Translations under genes and position numbers: made by a program
Origin: Elsinoe ampelina
Lineage: Eukaryota
Direction of reading: 5' to 3'
DNA length: 62,848 nt
Assembly (NCBI GenBank): GCA_010093995.1
Contig: ML992501.1
Span: 200,560-263,407 of the forward strand
Part shown: piece by piece, positions 32,315-44,167 of the stretch
Position numbering within the stretch: the stretch's first letter is position 1
How the letters are laid out: each line of letters opens with the position of its first letter
Notes under the pieces: generated by a model
The model's input: only the letters and a program-made list of their open reading frames with translations
What the model was told of the DNA's origin: nothing
Database searches by the model: none

Positions 32315-35300
32315 ATGTCGATGAGTATTGAAGAGCTCGATACCACGGTGAGGGCATTCTATGAGGGAAGGGGTGAGCAGCAGAAGCAGGCACAAGCGAC
32401 ACTCAACCAGTTCAAAGAAAATCCAGATGCGTGGTTGATGGTGGACAAGATCCTGTCCGATGCGCAGTATCCACAAACCAAGTATCTTGGGCTTCAAGTT
32501 CTTGACGGAGTGATCACGACAAGATGGAAAGTCCTACCGCGCGACCAGTGTCAAGGTAAGCATAGACAGATACGAGATTGTGAATGCGACTGACAAGTTA
32601 CAGGTATCCGCAATTTTGTGGTCAACTTTATTATCCAGACATCAGAAACAGAAGAGAACCTCAGAAAGGAGAGGACGCTGCTCAACAAGCTTAATCTGGT
32701 CCTGGTTTCGATATTGAAGCAAGAATGGCCTCACAATTGGCCCACGTTCATCAACGAGATCGTTTCGTCATGTCACAGGAGCTTGCCCATTTGCGAGAAC
32801 AACATGGCTATCCTTCGCTTGCTGTCAGAAGAGGTCTTTGATTTCTCCGCCGACCAAATGACCTCCACGAAGACCAGACAGCTAAAGCAGAGCATGTGCG
32901 ACGAGTTCACATCTATCTACAATCTCTGCTCCGAGATCTTGCGGACTGCAAACCAGACCAGCTTGATCAAGGCCACTCTGGAAACTCTGTTGCGCTTCCT
33001 GAACTGGATCCCGCTCGGATATATCTTCGAGACCCCTCCGACTGGCATGAGCTTACTGGAGACTTTGCGCAGCAGATTTCTGGAGGCGCCCGAGTTTCGC
33101 AACGTCACTCTAAAGTGCTTGACTGAGGTTGCTGGTCTGCAGGTGGAGCCACAATGGCATGATAAGCTCATCTCCATGTTCACAGACACTTTGACCACCA
33201 TCTCAAACATCATTCCATTGTCGTTGGACCTCAAGAGCACATATGCTTCAAGCAATGGTCGCGACCAGGAATTCGTGCAGAACCTGGCACTCTTCCTCTG
33301 CAACTTCTTCTCGACACATCTTGCACTGGTGGAGAACCTGCCGAACAGAGACTTTCTTCTTCACGGCCATTTCTACCTCATCCGCATCAGTCAAATTGAT
33401 GATCGAGAGATCTTCAAGATCTGTCTGGAATACTGGACCAAGCTTGTATGCGAACTTTACGACGAGATGCAGCAGCTACCGATCACCGACATCAACCCAC
33501 TCATCACCATGCAGACCAGCGGACTCACAAATGGAGGCGCGCCAAACCCCAACGCCCTTGCCAGCTATCCTCTGCGCAAGCACAAGTATTCCGAAGTCCT
33601 CACGAATCTACGTCAAGTGATGATCGAGAAGATGGTCCGTCCGGAGGAAGTCTTGATTGTCGAGAACGATGAGGGCGAGATTGTCCGTGAATTTGTGAAG
33701 GAGAGCGACACGATCCAGCTCTACAAGACGACTCGCGAATGTCTGGTCTTCCTCACACATCTGGATGTCATAGACACGGAACAGATCATGTCCGAAAAGC
33801 TTGCCCGACAGGTCGATGGCTCAGAATGGTCCTGGGCAAACTGCAACACCCTCTGCTGGGCCATCGGATCCATCTCTGGTGCCATGAACGAGGAAACCGA
33901 GAAGCGCTTCCTCGTCACAGTCATCAAGGATCTCCTGGGCTTGACTGAGCAGAAGCGAGGCAAAGACAACAAGGCAGTGGTCGCCTCCAATATTATGTAT
34001 ATTGTTGGTCAATACCCAAGATTCCTGAAGGCGCACTGGAAATTCCTCAAGACTGTCGTCAATAAGCTTTTTGAGTTTATGCACGAGACCCACGAGGGTG
34101 TCCAGGATATGGCTTGCGATACTTTCATCAAGATTGCCAACAAGTGCAAGCGCCACTTTGTCTTGACGCAACCTGGAGAGACTGAACCTTTCATCGATGA
34201 GATTGTTCGCAACATGAGGAAGATCACCGGAGATCTCTCGCCACAACAGATCCACACTTTCTATGAAGCCTGTGGTTACATGATCAGCGCGCAAGGGCAG
34301 AAGTCGATGCAAGAAAGGCTCATAGGAGAGTTGATGGCGTTGCCGAATGCTGCGTGGGATCAGATCATTCGCGGTGCACATAGCGATCCGAATATCCTTC
34401 AAGACGCGGAGACGATCAAGGTCATCGGCAACATCATGAAGACAAACGTCTCCGCATGCTCTTCGATCGGCAGCTACTTCTATCCACAAATTGGGCGGAT
34501 CTACCTGGATATGCTCACCATGTACCGCGCAAGCAGTCAGCTTATCGACGAAGCCGTCAAGCGTGATGGACCGATTGCGACCAAGATGCCCAAGGTTCGC
34601 GGCTTGCGGACGATCAAGAAGGAGATCTTGAAGCTCATTAACACTTACGTGGAGAAGGCGGACGATCTGGAGATGATTCACGAACGACTGGTACCTGGAC
34701 TCTTGGAGGCCGTTCTGCTCGACTACCGCAACAATGTGCCGGACGCTCGAGAGGCTGAGGTCTTGAACGTGATGGCTACTATCATCCACAAGATTCAGGT
34801 ACGTTGGACACCGCTTCGGAGCGCTCACACGGTGGGCACGATCGGTCGGGTGGGGGGAACTTTCACTGACAAGTAGCAGGGCCTCATGGTCGATCAAGTA
34901 CCTGCCATCTTCGACGCCATCTTCGAGTGCACGCTCGAGATGATCAACAAGGACTTTTCGGATTATCCTGAGCATCGCGTTGAGTTTTTCAAGCTTCTTC
35001 GTGAGATCAATTTGAGATGCTTCCCAGCTCTCCTCAAGCTCGATCAGCGACAATTCAAGCTTGTCATCGACTCCTGCATGTGGGCCAGCAAGCACGACAA
35101 CAGACTTGTGGAAGGTGAAGGACTTAACATGTGCCTTGAGCTTATGGCGAACATGGCCGAAACAGACCAACAAACCTGCAGCGCTTTCTTCCAGTCCTTT
35201 TACACGACCATCCTGCAAGATGTCTTCTTCGTCCTCACCGACTCCGACCACAAGGCTGGCTTCAAGTACCAATCAATGCTCCTGGCTCGCATGTTCTGGC

Positions 35301-35714
35301 TGGTGGCTACAAACAAGCTGCCAGGACCTATCTACCAGCTCGACCAGGCTCCTTCCGGAACGTCCAATCGCGACTTTGTCAACAACTTTGTCGGCAACCT
35401 TCTGACCAATGCCTTTCCAAACCTCACTCAGTATGTTTTCCCCCTTCCGATCACAAACTGTTACTTACAATCACAGGCCTCAGATCCAGCGATTCATCGG
35501 CGACCTGTTCAATCAAGTCGATGATATCAATAGGTTCAAGTTGACCCTGCGTGACTTCTTGATCCAGCTCAAGGAGTTCACCGGTGACAACACCGAGCTA
35601 TTTGCGGAAGACAGGGAGAAGGCAGCACAAGAAGCCAAGGACCAAGAGCGCGAGAGAGCCATGAAGATTGGCGGTCTCCTCAAGCCCTCCGAGATTGACG
35701 ACGACGAGCTTTGA
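32315..35714 (+). CDS. CRM1: Exportin-1 (CRM1/XPO1), 4 exons
   Basis: MSMSIEELD...[94 protein letters not shown]. Introns at 32556-32603, 34799-34879 and 35431-35476. Confidence 0.97.
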
Positions 35715-36686
35715 CTTGACCGAGAAGTGAGCTCGAGAACAGCATATGACCCGAGAGAGATTGTCAGGGCACCGCCAGGCCGACAGGGAGACGGGCTTGA
35801 CGGATGGGATCTGTACGATTTATAGACGACCACTTTGCTGCGAATCACGGTCGACAACAACAGCAGCAGCTGCTGCTGCAGCAATAGCGACATCACCACG
35901 TCCGACATGCCCGAAAGTAGGCACAAACGGAAGTAGAGCATGGCATTGATGGCGTTCAGATGGAAAGGATATACCACAGAAGAATATTTGAGGGGATGAG
36001 TAGAGTGATGGACGCAGAAGACGATGGGCGGAGAACGCTTGATACCAGTGAGGATGTCTGAGATGTCGAGAAGGGAAGCAAAAAACTTGGTAGATAGTCT
36101 ATGAAATGAAAGATAGTATCTTAGTTGTCTTGTGCAATTGATGTTGGGGTACTGGAGTTCTTCTCAGGCGTGATTGTGGAAATCGACGCTGACGTGTGTG
36201 CTCGATCTGGTCTTCTTGTGAAGATGAGTAGCTGGCCGCAAATGCTTGCAGAGCTATCGTCATCCCATGGAGAGTACTGCATCGATCCCAGTATGATCTC
36301 GCGAGCTTCAACAAGAATCTGAATCGCAGTGCACTGGTAAAGACATCATCTCCTGAGAGTCTCCCGGCTGTGGATGGGACATTCAAGGGAACACAGATGG
36401 CAACGGTACTTGCCATTCCTCGCTCAGTATCCTTTGCAACCCGCCCTGCATCGTCTCGCTCGCTCATCACGTCACCGGTATCACCACATCAGACCCATCA
36501 TTCGGTAGCAGAACTTCAAGAGCTCGATTGGTTGTCAATGCCATATATCATTCCGCATCAGCCTTGCCCATCCCAGGCATTGACCTCGCGGGAAATCGAC
36601 CTCATTCTGACGCCCCATGCAAGACGGGGCCCCTTCCTCCCGTTCCTCCCCCTCCGTCCCCTCTCTGCCCTCATCCAACCAACCAT

Positions 36687-37375
36687 CTACCTGCTCGTCG
36701 GCGCCGGCTTCCCCTTTGCCCCCTTGGCCTGCTGCTTGCTGATCTTCTGCGCATTCCTGACCGCACCGGTGGCGGCCGTCTTGGCCTTCTCCGCCTTCTT
36801 GATGCTGTTGGCCGCCGCCTTCTTGTCCTTGCCTTCCTTGATGGCGGCCGTGCGGGCCGCGGCGCGGGCTTCCGGGCGTTGCGAGCGGCGCTCTTTGATC
36901 ACGTCGAGGGAGGCGCCGACGATGGCGCGTTGGTGCTTTACGGTGCGGCGGGTGCGTTTTTTGGCGACTTCCTGTTTGGGGGAGAAGGTGTTAGCTTATG
37001 GTGCCCGGGAAGGAGGTTTGGTTGGAGGGAGACGAGGGACAGGGTGAGATGGGTGTGGTGGAGTGCTGGAACTTGGTTGACGAACCTCTGAGATACCCTT
37101 CTTGTGCTGACGTCTGTAGAGAACGGTCCAGGCGATGCGGCGGGGGTTCTTGCGCTGGAGGAAAAGCGACTCGGTCTTGCCATTTTGGAAGCGGAAGATC
37201 TTGCTGTCACCGCGGACGTAGAGCTTGCCCTGTGGGAGATTTGTTAGTTTCGGTTTTCTATCGTCGTCGGATGGAAATCTCGAGGTCGGATGGTGATGGG
37301 GTTCGTTGGGTCGTTTTGTCGTACCTTGCCCGGGTAGATCTTGGTGCCGCTGAAGGTATCCTCGTAGATGCGCAT
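36687..37375 (-). CDS. RPL24: 60S ribosomal protein L24 (eL24), 3 exons
   Basis: [35 protein letters not shown]...[52 protein letters not shown]. Introns at 37230-37324 and 36972-37085. Confidence 0.96.
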
Positions 37376-37793
37376 GTTGGCGAGTCTGACGAGGTTTCAA
37401 TGGGTGTTTGGTGGGTGGAAGATGGTGTTGTCGTCGGGCTGCCAATCTTGATGGACGTCGTCGATGAGCCCGCACACTGCGGTCAAAAATTTCTCCGATC
37501 CGGACTTTGAGATCTTATGTAAGCAGAATGCTTCCCACGTCTTCATCACCACTTCCGTTTATAATGCATATTTCTCTTCTACTCCCGCAATATTCGATTC
37601 ATGATGGTCACTATGATCCGTGGCAGATCTGTGCACTTCTGGCACAGAGCGTATTCTATCTTGAACGTCTCTCATCAGGCTCGTTCGCTGGCCTGCATAA
37701 TGTTGTACAAGGAAGATGCTGCGAGGTCTTCAAAGCTAAGTAGAATGATCGGCTGATGTGAGGGGAGTTTCATTCCATCCTGGCAATTAGACA

Positions 37794-38574
37794 TCAATCA
37801 ACATCTCTATAATCCACATCCCTCACCGGCCACGCGCCCTCTGTCAACAACGACTCGGCCAAACTCCCCTCCCCACCCCACGTCTCCTGCACAAAAGCCC
37901 TCATCAGATCTAACCCATTCAACAACGTCCCACCCGTCCAAATCTTCCCATCTTCAGCCTTGACATGGCGCTTCTCAACCCACTTCACACCCGGGTTCTC
38001 CTTCCTGATGTTTGCCAGCAAAATGCGTGGTGCCGTGCAGGTCTTGCCTTCCAGTAGACCAGCGCGGAGGGGGGTTATCATGCCTGCGCAGATGGAGATC
38101 AAGGCGGTGCAGTGTTGGTAGGTGTCGCGGACGAAGGCGAGCTCGGCTTCGTTGGGGATGCCGGTGGATTGTTTGGTGGACCAGTGTGCGCCTATGAGAA
38201 GGATGTCGAGGGGTGGGCAGGTCGTGAATGAATCCTGTGCACGTCAGCATAGAACGCCCCGTGGAGGGCTCAGAGGATACCGTAGCTCTGATCTTGATGC
38301 CGGACGTGACGTCTCCGTCTTCTCCGTTCTCGGTGACCCAGTGGAACTTGATGTCGAGACCTTGTGATCGGATGTGGTCGGGGAGATAGTCCATGGGTGC
38401 GAGGAAGTCGTTGGATAAGCTGTAGAGGATGTCTACGGGGGCGATGTCCAGGGTCTCAGTCATGCTGATAGGATTAGTGTCGATTCACTGGTAACGTTGT
38501 CGTTCAGATTCTTACCCATTGGCGAGTAGTACGCCGACATGAATGGTTCGGCTTGGATTACGGAGGTCTATCAT
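37794..38574 (-). CDS. DJ-1/PfpI (ThiJ) family class I glutamine amidotransferase-like protein, 3 exons
   Basis: MIDLRNPSRTIHVGVLLANG|MTETLDIAPVD...|DSFTTCPPLDILLIGA, nucleophile elbow ISICAG, LLEGKTCTAP, DGKIWTGG. Introns at 38465-38515 and 38235-38280. Confidence 0.88.
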
Positions 38575-38989
38575 GGCTGGAGCGAGCAAATGTGAAACCT
38601 CGAGAGAGACTCGAGTTTATTCGTCAAGCAGGGAGAGATGATCAATCGACAGGTACCGCTACGCTAAGGGTTCCCGCTTTATAGAACGCTCTCATAGTCA
38701 TGGTTATCTCGCAGGTCGGATACACGCAGGGCGCGGTTGATGATCATGGGGGATTCCCTGGGTCATACGTAGCCCGCCTCATTGCTCGGCGCCATGGCTA
38801 GTACGGGTACGGCGCTCGAATCATATGTTATGAATTAACGGACGATGCATGGACGGTCTTTACAATAATGTCATGCATAGGAACAATATATCATAATCAT
38901 AACTAAGTTTGCATAACGTTTCTAGCTTACACTCTTCTGTCCACCTTCCTACAAACGCTCACTCAGAGCACACATTTGATCCTGGCACC

Positions 38990-40468
38990 TTAAGCCTTGA
39001 TGTATGGCTCGAGTCTCTCCTTGAGATCCTCAAGATCAATCTCGCCACCCTCGAAGGCGGCACCTGGAAGCTTCTTGGGCGGGACCAAGACATCACCAAC
39101 GACCTGAATGACACCATCCCTGGCGATGCCGTCTTGGACAGTCACGCGACCGAATCCATTGATCTTGATGCTGATGAAGCCTCCGTAGCGAGCAATATCG
39201 ACGCTCAGCTCACGGTCTTCAAGCAGGGTGGGCAGATCGAGGTGGTAGTAGCCCTTGGGAACGTTCCGCTTGCCTGCACCGCGGCGGCAAGGCTTGCTCT
39301 CAATGCTGTCCTCGTCAGACGAGTCGGAGTGGTAGACCGCGTCGGAGTAGACGGTGGTGTGAGGGACAACATGGTACTGGAGCAGAGCCTTGAGATACTT
39401 CTGACCGTACTTGGAGAAGAGGAAGCCGTTGACCCTTGGGCCGAGCTTCTGGAAGGCAAAGTTGCTTGGGGCGAAGAGAGTGCCGCCCTTGCTGTTGTCT
39501 TTGGCAAAATCATCGAGGAGGCCGGTCTTGGTGAGGCCGAGCTCCAGGGTGGAGAATTCACCTGGAAGGAGATCGATGATCTTGAGAGTGCGTGGAGGAG
39601 GGATGAGCAGTGAATCAATGCCGTGTACCACACCGTTGGTGCCGAAGAAATCGACGCCAACTACACGGGAGTAAAAGTTCAGGGTCAAACCGCGAATGCC
39701 GATGTTGACGCTAAGACGTTGAGGGACAGGCTTCTCAGCAAGCTCCTCACCAGTGAAGAGAGTAGGGATGGTATGAGTGACCAAGACACGACCAGCAGGG
39801 TAGAAAGAATCGCTGACATGGTAGGATAGAATCTTTTTCAAGATCTCCTTGCTTGGCTTGGGTGCGTTCTCAGGGATCTTATCGAAGGCAGCATCAGTCG
39901 GAGCGAAGACGGTGTAGTTGGCCTTTGTACCGTTCAAGGCCTCGACGAGATCTGGGAACTCGTTGATTGCAGCAGCAAGCTTGGTGGTGTACTTTGACGA
40001 AGCAATGAGCTGGTACACGGTCTGATTGGGTGGGCCGTGAGGGTGGTGTGGTTTCTTGTGGGGCGGGCGGCCGTGGGGTGGACGCCTGTGGTCACCGTCG
40101 TGACCGTGGTCGGGAGGGGGCCTGTTGAGGAGCTTCTCAGCCTCGTACATGTCGTCAAGACGGTTTGACATCCATGATTGGGCATCGAAGACTTCCTCGG
40201 TCAAGGATCGGCCGAAGTCGTGGGAGGAAGCCAACACCTCGTCCATAGTAGAGGCTGCTGAGGACTGAAGGCGGCTGGCCTTTGACTTGATGCTGTCCAC
40301 CACACTGGCTGCATCGCTCTTGAAGCTCTCGAAGATGTCCTGTGTCCATGATGTCTTCTGCCTGACCTCATCCCTCGTAGATGTAGCTATCTCTTGAAAC
40401 ACTTCCTGGTTGGGGACGACGAAGGCGGATGCCAGCGGAACCAGCGGGGCAAACTGAAGGAACCTCAT
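38990..40468 (-). CDS. Secreted fasciclin (two FAS1 domains) protein
   Basis: Signal peptide MRFLQFAPLVPLASA. FAS1 motifs YTVFAPTDAAF / TLFAPSNFAF, LSYHV / LQYHVV, NGVVHGIDSLLIP / DGVIQVVGDVLVP. His/Pro-rich linker. Confidence 0.92.
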   Translation of the reverse strand: MRFLQFAPLVPLASAFVVPNQEVFQEIATSTRDEVRQKTSWTQDIFESFKSDAASVVDSIKSKASRLQSSAASTMDEVLASSHDFGRSLTEEVFDAQSWMSNRLDDMYEAEKLLNRPPPDHGHDGDHRRPPHGRPPHKKPHHPHGPPNQTVYQLIASSKYTTKLAAAINEFPDLVEALNGTKANYTVFAPTDAAFDKIPENAPKPSKEILKKILSYHVSDSFYPAGRVLVTHTIPTLFTGEELAEKPVPQRLSVNIGIRGLTLNFYSRVVGVDFFGTNGVVHGIDSLLIPPPRTLKIIDLLPGEFSTLELGLTKTGLLDDFAKDNSKGGTLFAPSNFAFQKLGPRVNGFLFSKYGQKYLKALLQYHVVPHTTVYSDAVYHSDSSDEDSIESKPCRRGAGKRNVPKGYYHLDLPTLLEDRELSVDIARYGGFISIKINGFGRVTVQDGIARDGVIQVVGDVLVPPKKLPGAAFEGGEIDLEDLKERLEPYIKA

Positions 40469-41430
40469 GATGAAGGTATAGTCTCAAGACGTGAAAGACT
40501 TACTGGAAGAATGAGGATAAGCACCCAATATGAGGGCATTCAGTACCAAGAGATGGCGGATGTCTTGGGTGACGAGTCCACGAGGCTCGCTGCTGTCGTG
40601 ATGGTCGGGATCATCGTCATCGATCCCGATAGAGGACGATAGAGGGGAGTTACTAACTGCTTAGAGGGACTCTTCCCGCTCTGCACAACCAATCCCTTCA
40701 CTCCCTCTCCCTCTTCCCCACTGATCCTTTGCTCACGCTGACATGCGACCTTGACATGTTCAGCACAATTGTGTGCTCCTCGCACTCAGGCGTGGTCCAG
40801 GCAACCATATTCCAAGGCCTCTCCACTCGACTGTGACCCGAGACAAGTTCCCGGCGAGCGACCAATGGTCAAAGCTCTTCGCATCTCGATCTATGTGCAG
40901 CTTGTCCCTGGTTTTCCTTCTTCTGCTCGAGCAGTTTTGAGACTTGCATCTCCACTGCTTCGTCACCGTTGAAACTTTACTGCTGGACGCGTACACAAAC
41001 AGAGGTAGCTGACCAGGATCTTTGGACGTTGTCGGGCATGCTTCTTCTCCCACCGTCTGTGTCCTGGACGTCTGTCCTGTCACGACCATGGCTCTCTTCA
41101 GCGAGCAACCAGGAACACCTGCAGTTTGGCACACCGACAAGCAATTCCAATTGATTGGACTGAGGCGTTTGACCATCGCCACTAGTTGGAATGCTTCACT
41201 TCGGGCCCTGCCATGATCGTCTTGCTTGTTTTCAATTGACTTCCGGCAGATTCATCCGGACATGACCATTGCAGCTCTCGTATCCTGGTCTGGTCAAGAA
41301 TGACAACATCATACGTCAAAGAGTCCAGCAGGTCAAGTACTACTTTTTCACTCGCGAGTTTGGTGTCCCGTTTTGCACATTTTGTTACCTTACATTTGCT
41401 CTCAATTTCTGCAATCTGTAACCATCCACC

Positions 41431-43089
41431 ATGGCAGGACTAGCAAAGCACATTGACACTGACGAGCTCATCGCGAAGCTCCACGACCATGCTCATCGCG
41501 CCAAAGGTCGAGGCCTCGCAGCCGAGAATGCCATCTCCCATACCACACCTTACTCGACCAGATACAATGCTCTATCTGAGATTCCAAAGTTTAGGATACC
41601 CAAAGAGGGTGCCCCTGCCGATGCTGTGCACCAGATGCTCAAAGACGAGCTTGATCTAGACGGCCGACCCAACCTCAACCTCGCCAGCTTCGTCGGCACT
41701 TACATGGAAGAGCAAGCAGAGAAACTCATGATTGAGAATCTCTCCAAGAACATGAGCGATGCCGACGAGTACCCAGCCATGCAAATAATGCACACGAGAT
41801 GTGTCAACATTATAGCTGATCTCTGGGGTGCTCAGAAGGGAGAGAAGCCCATAGGGACTGCTACAACCGGAAGTTCGGAAGCTATCCATTTAGGTGGATT
41901 GGCCATGAAGCGGAGATGGCAGGAGAAGCGAGACAAGGACGGCAAGGACAAGTCCAAGCCTAATATTATTATGGGAGCCAATGCCCAAGTGGCTCTGGAA
42001 AAATTTGCTCGCTACTTCGAAGTGGAAGCCCGAATTCTACCAGTCAGCGAGAAGTCAAGCTACCGCCTGGACCCCGAGCTCGTCAAGGAGAACATTGACG
42101 AGAACACCATTGGCATCTTTGTGATTCTGGGATCGACCTACACTGGTCATTATGAGCCCGTCGAAGAGATTCACAAGATCCTGGATGACTACGAAGCCAA
42201 GACGGGTGTCGATATCCCAATCCATGTCGACGGGGCATCCGGAGCATTCATCGCTCCTTTCACACACGCTGGAGCCGGTGGGCCAAAGTGGAACTTTGAG
42301 CTGCCCCGTGTCAAGTCGATCAACACCAGTGGCCACAAATTCGGTCTGGTATACGCCGGTGTGGGCTGGATCATCTGGCGTGATGAAGCTTACCTTCCGA
42401 AGCACTTGGTCTTCGAGCTACACTATCTCGGCGGTACCGAAGAGTCATACACCCTGAACTTTTCCCGACCTGGTGCCCAAATTATTGCTCAGTACTACAA
42501 CCTGATCCATCTCGGCTTCAGCGGCTACCGCTCGATCATGGAGAATGCTCTAGCGAATGCTCGACTACTCTCGAAAGCTCTCGAGGCGACTGGCTGGTTC
42601 AGATGCATCAGCGACATTCACCGCAAGAAAGGCGTGTTCAAGCTCGACCCCAGCGCTCCAGTCTACACCCCTGACAAGGAAACCAGCGCAGCATACAATG
42701 CCGGTCTGCCAGTAGTAGCCTTCACCCTCTCCGACTCTTTCAAGAAGGACTTCCCGAACGTCAAGCAAGTCGCCATCAGCAACCTGCTCAGAGCTAAGCA
42801 GTACATCATCCCCAACTACCCCCTGCCGCCAAACGAGGAGAAGACGGAGATCCTGCGTGTGGTCGTCAGAGAGTCCATGTCCCTAGACCTGCTCGACAGA
42901 CTGCTAGAGGATATCGTTGCAACAATGGAGCAAATTATGTCGCTCAAGGACGGGTTTGACCTTGCCGCATGGCAGCCAGCTCCGCCTACCAGCATTGAGA
43001 AGCAGCATGGCAGCCAAGGATTGGACCACAAGAACAAGCACAAGGCGAAGAGGCCTATGCATCACGGTGTACACAGATCAGTGTGCTAG
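41431..43089 (+). CDS. GAD1: Glutamate decarboxylase (PLP-dependent)
   Basis: LDGRPNLNLASFV, DADEYP, TTGSSEAIHLGGLAMK, IHVDGASG, PLP lysine motif SINTSGHKFGL, LNFSRPG. Confidence 0.96.
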   Translation: MAGLAKHIDTDELIAKLHDHAHRAKGRGLAAENAISHTTPYSTRYNALSEIPKFRIPKEGAPADAVHQMLKDELDLDGRPNLNLASFVGTYMEEQAEKLMIENLSKNMSDADEYPAMQIMHTRCVNIIADLWGAQKGEKPIGTATTGSSEAIHLGGLAMKRRWQEKRDKDGKDKSKPNIIMGANAQVALEKFARYFEVEARILPVSEKSSYRLDPELVKENIDENTIGIFVILGSTYTGHYEPVEEIHKILDDYEAKTGVDIPIHVDGASGAFIAPFTHAGAGGPKWNFELPRVKSINTSGHKFGLVYAGVGWIIWRDEAYLPKHLVFELHYLGGTEESYTLNFSRPGAQIIAQYYNLIHLGFSGYRSIMENALANARLLSKALEATGWFRCISDIHRKKGVFKLDPSAPVYTPDKETSAAYNAGLPVVAFTLSDSFKKDFPNVKQVAISNLLRAKQYIIPNYPLPPNEEKTEILRVVVRESMSLDLLDRLLEDIVATMEQIMSLKDGFDLAAWQPAPPTSIEKQHGSQGLDHKNKHKAKRPMHHGVHRSVC

Positions 43090-43530
43090 AGCACCTTCAG
43101 CAGTGTTTCTGTACGTGAATGTAGCAACGAAAAATACAAAAGCAATTGACCTTCCAATCGATCCTCCGTGTCATTGCCGAGGTCAATGTCCAACGTCCAA
43201 CACCTCGTCTCCCCTTCACTCTCCCTCACAACTACTGATCCCCTTCGATATCGTAGAATTCATGTTCTTGGTTCAGGCACGCCATCTCCGGCAATGCCTG
43301 ACTCCGCCAACCGAAACGGACGCCTGACCTCTCATCCTCTGCTTCGGCGGGAGGCCTGTCCGAGCCAAAAGCCACGGCGAGCTATTGCCTGGGCGAACCA
43401 TGGCCTCATTCATGTGCTGTGCCGTGCCGCATCCTGAAAATATCCTATCCCATGTCCAAGGTTTGTGGTTGACCTTTTTCCTTCTGGCACCAGTCATTAT
43501 TGTATCCTAGAAAGACTACTCCCACCAGCA

Positions 43531-44167
43531 ATGCGTCCCCGCCGCTTCGAAAGCTTCACCTCCTCCGCCCTGGTCGGACTACGCGGCTTCGCGCTCCTGG
43601 TCGCCATCTTCTTGATCATAGCGATGAGCGTGATGCTCGCGCAGTCGAGGAATTATGACTACATTGGTGGTCTGCCGGGTGTGAGTTGTCCCTCTGTTCC
43701 TCCTTCGTCACCACCGATATTGACTCTGGTAGCCAGCTTTGGCATTCATGATGAACGCTATGGATTTCGCTGCTTTGCTGGATAAGAAGCGGAATGTCAT
43801 GCGGATTAACAGCTGCTGCACTGTATTCGTCGACATTGTCGTCTTTGGATTGATGATAGTCGCTATCGTCGTGGCTCAGGTCAACGCTTTCTCTGACGAT
43901 AGGGAGTCGGCCACGGACGAGGAGAAAAGACAGGTGGCGATGTCGATATTCGCAATGGCGATTGTCTTGACGTGAGTAGCTGACAGTCATTGAGTCACTG
44001 ATGGTTTGGGGCTGACTCTTGGTAGGGCTTTGCAGCTGGTCATGCTGTCTGTCGGGTTCGCGGATTGCTTTGATGATCTTCGCAGGAAGAATCAAGCGAG
44101 TGAAGAGACTTGGATGATGAGGAGGCAGCAGCAGTTTGTGAGGAGAACGATGCCGAGATATGCTTGA
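43531..44167 (+). CDS. Small ~4-TM membrane protein (MARVEL-like architecture), 3 exons
   Basis: Manually spliced using gtgagt donors (introns 43681-43732 and 43972-44025). This gives an uninterrupted ~176-aa product with four hydrophobic helices, ending MPRYA*. Confidence 0.6.
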
